DNA of 57,530 nt, the filler included, from Sphacelaria rigidula (lineage: Eukaryota): assembly GCA_964200075.2 (NCBI GenBank). It is 8 parts of 8 records of this genome, joined end to end, with 100 filler letters (N's around TTAATTAATTAA, not from the genome) between each part and the next. Parts side by side here need not be neighbours in the genome. Positions count along the whole stretch, not along the records: positions 50,428 to 57,530 come from CAXNAA020016470.1; 7 more parts are not named here. One strand, given 5' to 3'. Made by a program: the position numbers and the translations under genes. The notes under the pieces were generated by a model. That model was not told where the DNA came from. It did not search any database and saw nothing but the letters and a program-made list of their open reading frames with translations. Positions 51,161-57,530 of this stretch are shown here, piece after piece. Each line of letters opens with the position of its first letter. The stretch's first letter is position 1.

Positions 51161-51897
51161 TTGACCCGCTGCAACTACCAGTACAGAGCGCTCAGGGTCT
51201 CCATCTGATGAATCGGCGCCACGGCCACTCGATAAAACAACCGAGACGCTATAGTTGTTGCCCATCTGGTTGTTCATCAGTTGAATCGGCATAATCTATA
51301 CCTGAAGTGTGAGGGCAAGACCCAGAGGACCCACCCTGACGGTCATAGGGTTAGGGGTCGAATGCATAGCTCAATGTTGACATACTCCACAACTGCTCGA
51401 CACTGGCTCTGGCCAGACCCTGACCCCAGACAGACCGAGAACTCTACCGCGCACACACACAGATATGTACACGAACACCCCATCCATGTCCTGAACAAGC
51501 CGACATCCCCGCTCTATACAGCGTACACCTAGCCTCGTTCTGGTACCTCGCGCCTAGAACCCATGGGGGTATCGATTGCCCACACATCCGCGACTGCAAA
51601 CTTTATGTATTCGTGCACAATCCTTTTTTTTCATCAATGTATTTCATTTTCTCTTTTATTTTGTTCCTCTTCTTTTCCTTTTTTTTTTTGTTTTAGGTCA
51701 GCCATTTCTTACTGTGCTTTGCTTCTGTTGACTTTCTTCTTCTTTATTTATTTTACGTCTTAGTCTACTTTGTCGTTCTGTTCAACTTTTTCTGTTCCTT
51801 GTATTCTTCAGCGAGTGTTTCAGATATTTTTTTTTTGGGCACGTGTATCATGTGACCACGGCTGGATCATGACCCCTGAAGGGTCAGTTGAAGTGCG

Positions 51898-51933
<36 letters not shown>

Positions 51934-53537
51934 CACATTCTCCTGAGTGTGAGACTTCCTGCCCAAATACTGTACTGCAGTTCGGTCGTGAGATGATTGA
52001 GTCGCACGCAGGCTGCTTCCACCCCCTCGTTTGTTTTTCTTCAACTCGAGACCGATATTATTATAAAACATCCTGCCACGCGGGATATTCAATACGTTAC
52101 ATGAGTACCGAAATGCGGTACGCGTGGAGACCAGCTATTATTTGCTCGCATTCTGGATGACGACTTTGTGTGTGTGAAGGTGTTTTTTTTTGTTTTTCAT
52201 CGCCATCTTTCTAATCTCTTGCCCGTTCCTCGGGACATGCCTGCAGTCTGTAGGGAATCAAACCATTTTCGCCCCCCTGATGATACCGTATCTCACTTGC
52301 CACTTGTACCGTTGTATAGTAATCACTTTTTTTTCTCGGATTTCAAAATTCATTGCAAACTTGAAGTGTGCACCGCTTCATGTAACGTTTTTTTTGTGAC
52401 GTTTCGAGTAACGTGTGACGTAATATGAAACGTTTCATGTAACATATGACGTCTAATGCACGTCTGCAATACGAGCTGGACCGGCCTAAACACGGATTTA
52501 TGCTCCCGAAGCAATATCTCGCCGACAAGGACGAGTTGGGCCATGATCTTCATAACGTATTTTCGTCGCGTGTTGATTTGGATCAGCACTCCTGCGCACC
52601 CCCCACGACTCCCGTCGGATTGTTCGTCGCCACTGCTACTCGCGTTCTCACCCTTTCAACGATGACAAGCAGATTCTGGTCATCAGTCATCAGGGCCCCA
52701 TCATATGTCGGCATTCCAACCCGCAACTTTGCGTCCTCATCGGCCAATGGTGTACCGTGGGGCACTACCATTGTTAATATTCCTGCACGTTAGTCCGATT
52801 TCTCGAACCCGTGGTCATAGACATAGGCTCGTCTTTCGAATACCGCCCCTGCTACAGGTATCCCTCACGAGACATGGAGTTCCTATCGTTTCTTCTGAGA
52901 CTCCAGACAAAATAAAAAATGTAAATAACATGCAAAAGTGACAAAATATACTTGACATTGTTGACCGCAGCTCTCAGCCCAGACCAGCCGCTGACATAGC
53001 GCCCCCGTGCACTTGTTGCACATTTGTTTTGTTCCCCGAAGGAAGGAAGAAACCTCACCCAATAGTTACGCCGCGAACGCGCTCGTATGCCGATTACCCG
53101 GAGGATCGGCTAGACCAGCGCATGGCGGTCGTATGGGGTGGGCGTCTCGAGCGTTCGGAAAGCTTCGCTCAAGGCAGTGTGGGATTTGAACCCGTGAAAA
53201 CTTGTTGCACACGTGCTGCGGATGCGTCTGTTGTTGTCTATGTAAAACACCCCGACCTACTCTAACCAACCCCTACGCTGAGCATCTTCAGGTGCGTGCA
53301 CGTTCCACTTGCTCCATGTATCGCATCCCCTTGTCTCCGTCGCTTTGCAAAAACACCGCTGATGCACGTAGTATCGAAGCTGTGGAAATCAGTAAAAAGT
53401 ATACCACAAAAACGTGGACTCCTGGATCCTGCAGTGTTTTCTCACAGCTCATTTTCTGAGGTATCAGTCATTCTATCGGACGATCTATGCACCAACCACA
53501 TCCTCTTGCTGCTCCATACTCTCCACCGCACGTCCAG

Positions 53538-54201
53538 CACTACTACTACTACTCTCGGGTCGCATCAATACCGCCCCTGTCCCAACTCCCGGAGGTCAAC
53601 TCGAGCAGCAGCAGCAACTGCGACGGCAGCACGGCGATATGGCTCAGGCTCCGGCGGCCGTGGTCTCGGGCCTCTGTCGGCACATCCTCGTAACGCGGTC
53701 GGCCGCGCCACCCCGGGAGGGGGGCGGGCGGAGGAACACGATGAAGAGGAACAAGCGACGTCAGCGTCATCGCCAGCAGGCGGACGGTTACGCAATGATC
53801 ATGGGGGTTTTGTTGCGGAGGAGAACGGGGATGACGAGCGGGTCAGGGAAGGACGAACCGACAGTCCAGAGAGGGTACTCGGCGGGCCGCGGGCGATACA
53901 CGCCGACAACAACAACAAAGGGGGGATAAATTCTGTCGCGGATACGGCCGCACGGCATCGAGGAAATGGGTGCAGCAGTGCTGTTGGTGCGAGCACAGTA
54001 CCACGAAACGAAAATTTCGCGCGTAGCGCAGGAGGGGCGGGCGGGGCGGGGGCGGGTGAAATAGAGGGCGGGGGGGGGACGGACAGAGCGAGGTTTGTGC
54101 GCGCTTTGGCGGCGATGGTGACGGCGCCGTTGTTCACCCGAGTTATGTCGGGCGGCGGCGGAGGCGGCGGCGGTGGATTAGGCGTCCTGCCGGCGGGAGC
54201 G
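53538..54201 (+). CDS. Candidate long low-complexity exon of an unknown protein
   Basis: GC-rich, stop-free frame (part of the 327-aa ORF) between a pyrimidine-rich ...CGTCCAG acceptor and a GCG|GTAAGG donor. Ends DRARFVRALAAMVTAPLF...LPAGA. Confidence 0.6.
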
Positions 54202-54645
54202 GTAAGGGTGGCTTCCTATTTGCTAATACTTGGCGAGTGTTCCGTTTCTCTTACCTTATGGTTACGCCATATCTTGTGAGGGACCCAACGTTGCATTCGT
54301 CGCTGATAGGTTGATGTGCGACAATCTACGAATATCTTGTGTGAATTTCTTGTAGTTTCTGGGATTTTTTCATATCACATCATGCCCAACAGTGAGGAGT
54401 GACCTTGTCGTGAGTGCACACTTACTTCGGCTTCACGGTCGAGTAGGGAAAGGAACCGCTGACCCCATATCGCGATGGAAAAGGTAAGGCAGGCACTGCA
54501 GGAGGATGGTGGAGTACTAAAACAAGACGAAAAATATAAATAAAAATATAAACTCTCCTGAGGACCTTCCTCCTGTGTGACACCGGCTGATGCGCCCACA
54601 TAAACCGAAAGCTGTAGACATACGTCCAGAATAGATGGGATGACA

Positions 54646-54730
<85 letters not shown>

Positions 54731-54750
54731 CACACGCACACACACACACA
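54646..54750. repeat. (CA)n microsatellite
   Basis: Direct observation. Confidence 0.95.
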
Positions 54751-56644
54751 ATTTGTCCACGGCGGTTCACTGCACGCGCATGGCGAGCTCTCACGTTGAC
54801 CTATCGTTGGACCGACCGGAACCCTCGCATGGCCATATTTGGTCCACCGGTTTGGGAACGTGTGTACTTGAAAAGGATATCGTAACGCCGGTCATGTTGA
54901 AAGCCTTTTTCGCACTTGAAACCTACCACATGTACCTCGTCCCCTCCCTCCTCGGGAGGAGTACTTTACCCCGGCGGGGTCAATCAACCCGAAATTCTCT
55001 CGGTATTTGCCCTTGGACGATTGCATTGGGCATTGGTAAAACGGTTGCGTTCCCAATCCGTCAGCTGTCCAGTGATCGATCGGACTAAATTCGAGGGGTG
55101 GGATGGGGAGATGGAAACGTTTCCATGACGGAAATGCTGATTTGACTCACCATTCCCCAGACTGTCTCTCGGTCATGGTCTATCCTGCTTTTTCACGCTT
55201 TTGTTCCGTATGCGCGTTTATTTCTTGAAATTAAGCCTTTTATATATACATATATATATATTATAAGTTCTTTTTTCCTTATTTGAGCCTCACTTGAAGC
55301 TTGTTTAGCGCAAAATAGGCGCGCTTTATGCGCCTTATTCGCGTCCTTGTTGTGGCGTTGTGGTAGTATTCCCTCACGAGGCGCGCCTTCTAGCATGAAG
55401 ACAGGACAAGTTGGGCATCCGAAGTGTTGATGCTTATTTTTTTATAAAAAAATGAAACTTTTCTTCATTGAGTTTGAAGGCCACAACCTGCACACGTACA
55501 CTCTAACCCGCCTACGGAAACAACAAATGCCACTACACTCATGATTCATGATACAGCAGGAGGGCATCGCCACCTCTATTAATAGACGCAGGGCACTGCA
55601 GCCTCTGGCCTCTCGCCCGGCAAGATACAAGCTACCTCCCCCTCCCCCGCACCGTCTACCGTCAGTCGACATTAATTTTTTTTGTCGAACTACCCGTACC
55701 GATTGTATTTGATCATAAGCGCGGAGTCGATGCGGTCACCCTACTACGCCTTCTCCTGCCGGGACTTCAAGCACCCCCTCAAAATCGAAAACACTTGCTC
55801 CGTAGACACGCACAATTGTTGTATATGTACAATTTCCATCGCCACGAGACACCAACTGGGAAGCCTTTTCTTGTTGTCGTCCCGAAACGACAGCAAGCCG
55901 TACTCTGAGTCCGCGCCTGAGGTCGCGACCAAAAGGTTGCCTTTCTCGGACAGTAGGCCCGCCATGACCTCGGGGATTACAAAGGGGGAAAACAGCAAGA
56001 TGGTGGACCCCGTTCCCGGTGTAGCCTGCGTACTGCTTTACATAAACGAAGTTGATGAGCTTTGCTGCTTCACCTATCATCATTTTTCACCGCTGCTGCT
56101 GCTGTACTACGGCTGTACGCTGTACAAGTGTATTAGTCTGCGTCACATTTTTGAAAAACAACGTAGTACCACGTATGTAGAATATTAGATGGAACGTTAT
56201 GTGGATCAGACCCGCACGCAACGGGATAGGAACACGAAACACGACCATGGAAGTTTAAAGTATTGAAGCCTGAAGCCTGTCGGCCTGTCTGGTGACGAGT
56301 CACACCAGGTGGAGCACTTGCGGCAGGAGGCTCATAAAAAATTATCCATGGTTGGAACGAATCATCACGACTAAGAATAACCAAATCCACGATTTATTCG
56401 GCCTGATTGCCCAAAAGGGAGAACAAAAGTTGACCGCTGGTCCAAGGGGCATCCTCGCAACTTTTGCGCCATCCCACGTGTCTGGACTGCGTGTACCTGG
56501 GTTGCAACGCTGAAAATAAAGCCTAGGGATTGATTCGTACGAGTCGAATCAATTATACTAAAAACCAAGTAATTTCCAGACGAATCATTGATTTGTCCAA
56601 CCCTTGTAATTATCGCAACTTTATGCGAGTTTCGAGCATGTTCA

Positions 56645-56855
56645 ACCTTATGGGACGGGACTCTCCACAAGGATATGTTTGTGGCACCTTCCCGCACAGT
56701 CGTGTGTTAGTGGCAGGTATCCATCTGTGTTATTTTCAAGTTAAAATGATGCCGATTCACAAAAAAAGTCCCTCGTGCATCATTTTGACTTAAAAAATAA
56801 CAGAAATGGATACTTGCCACAACACACGATTCTGGGGTGAAGGATCCCAAGAGGG
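56645..56855. mobile_element. Palindromic piggyBac-like MITE
   Basis: Inverted arms 56701-56752 and 56777-56829 contain the TTTTCAAGT.AAAATGATGC core and end GGG|TTGA. Another TTAA|CCCTT start follows at 56892. Confidence 0.65.
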
Positions 56856-57530
56856 TTGAGCTCATTATAAGCTTTGCGATAAAAATACCTATTAACCCTT
56901 TTGGGACCGGACCCCCACTAACACAAGTCCGGACCGGTTCCAACCCTGTGTTAGTGAAATAATATTAAACAAGTCTTCGAGCGACCTGCCCGATCACGGC
57001 GAGGCGAAATTTATCGACCAGACCCGAACGACCGGTGCTGGGGTTGTTGGTGAGTATGATGTCACTGTAAAGATCGTGTGGGGACCCTATCCCTGGCCCA
57101 GATAAGCCTTCGCAGGTTTCCAAATGCAGGGCGGTCCGAGCTTGGTATATGATGTGACTTGCACTCAGTATACCTTTCTCGAGTTCTCCGGTGGGTTTTT
57201 TGGGTCTCAATTTCCTACTAAAACGTAGTGATTACACTAACACAGGGTCGGACAGAAAACCGGGAAGGAGTGTACATGCTACCAGGTGGTCATTTTCACC
57301 ACGCCCTAAAACCAGGTGGGCTGTCGAAACACAAAATGATCTCCTGTCATGAGTTCCGCTTATCCCTCTGGCGATGACCTGCAGTGTGCAGTCAACATGT
57401 ATATAGTGGGCGGGGATGAAGAAGCGGTACAGAGGCAGTTGATCTCGTTAGCTGAGAATTGCCCAGAACGTGCAAGGGAGTAAGCAGCGGCAGCTGCTGC
57501 TTCAGTCGGAGAGGCCTACTACAGTGTACT

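Noticed and set aside
55880-56020. Second exon of the 53538-54201 candidate gene
   Set aside because: Joining the phase-0 donor to the ACAG acceptor gives an immediate stop (QAVL*), and the sequence has no recognisable homology.

Overview
Eukaryotic, repeat-rich, intron-containing DNA. It is most consistent with a photosynthetic stramenopile such as a brown alga; this is inferred from a bipartite plastid-targeting peptide, the intron structure and the TE content. The window is not one locus. It is eight unrelated scaffolds of 7103-7105 bp, in decreasing size order, joined by artificial 100-bp N44-TTAATTAATTAA-N44 linkers. Two genes can be reconstructed by hand: a 9-exon, 3'-incomplete, probably plastid-targeted myo-inositol 2-dehydrogenase-like gene (15148-21407, +) and three internal exons of a PLP-dependent cystathionine/methionine gamma-lyase-family gene (23164-27978, -). 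Each needs one GC-AG intron. The rest is mostly transposon sequence: a gag-only LTR element with a perfect TSD, Copia and DIRS/Ngaro-like remnants, two LINE families, several MITE families and tRNA-derived SINE-like heads. The most unusual signal is a LINE family whose 3' end runs into oligo(C) rather than poly(A) and whose insertion junctions repeatedly sit at C/G runs.
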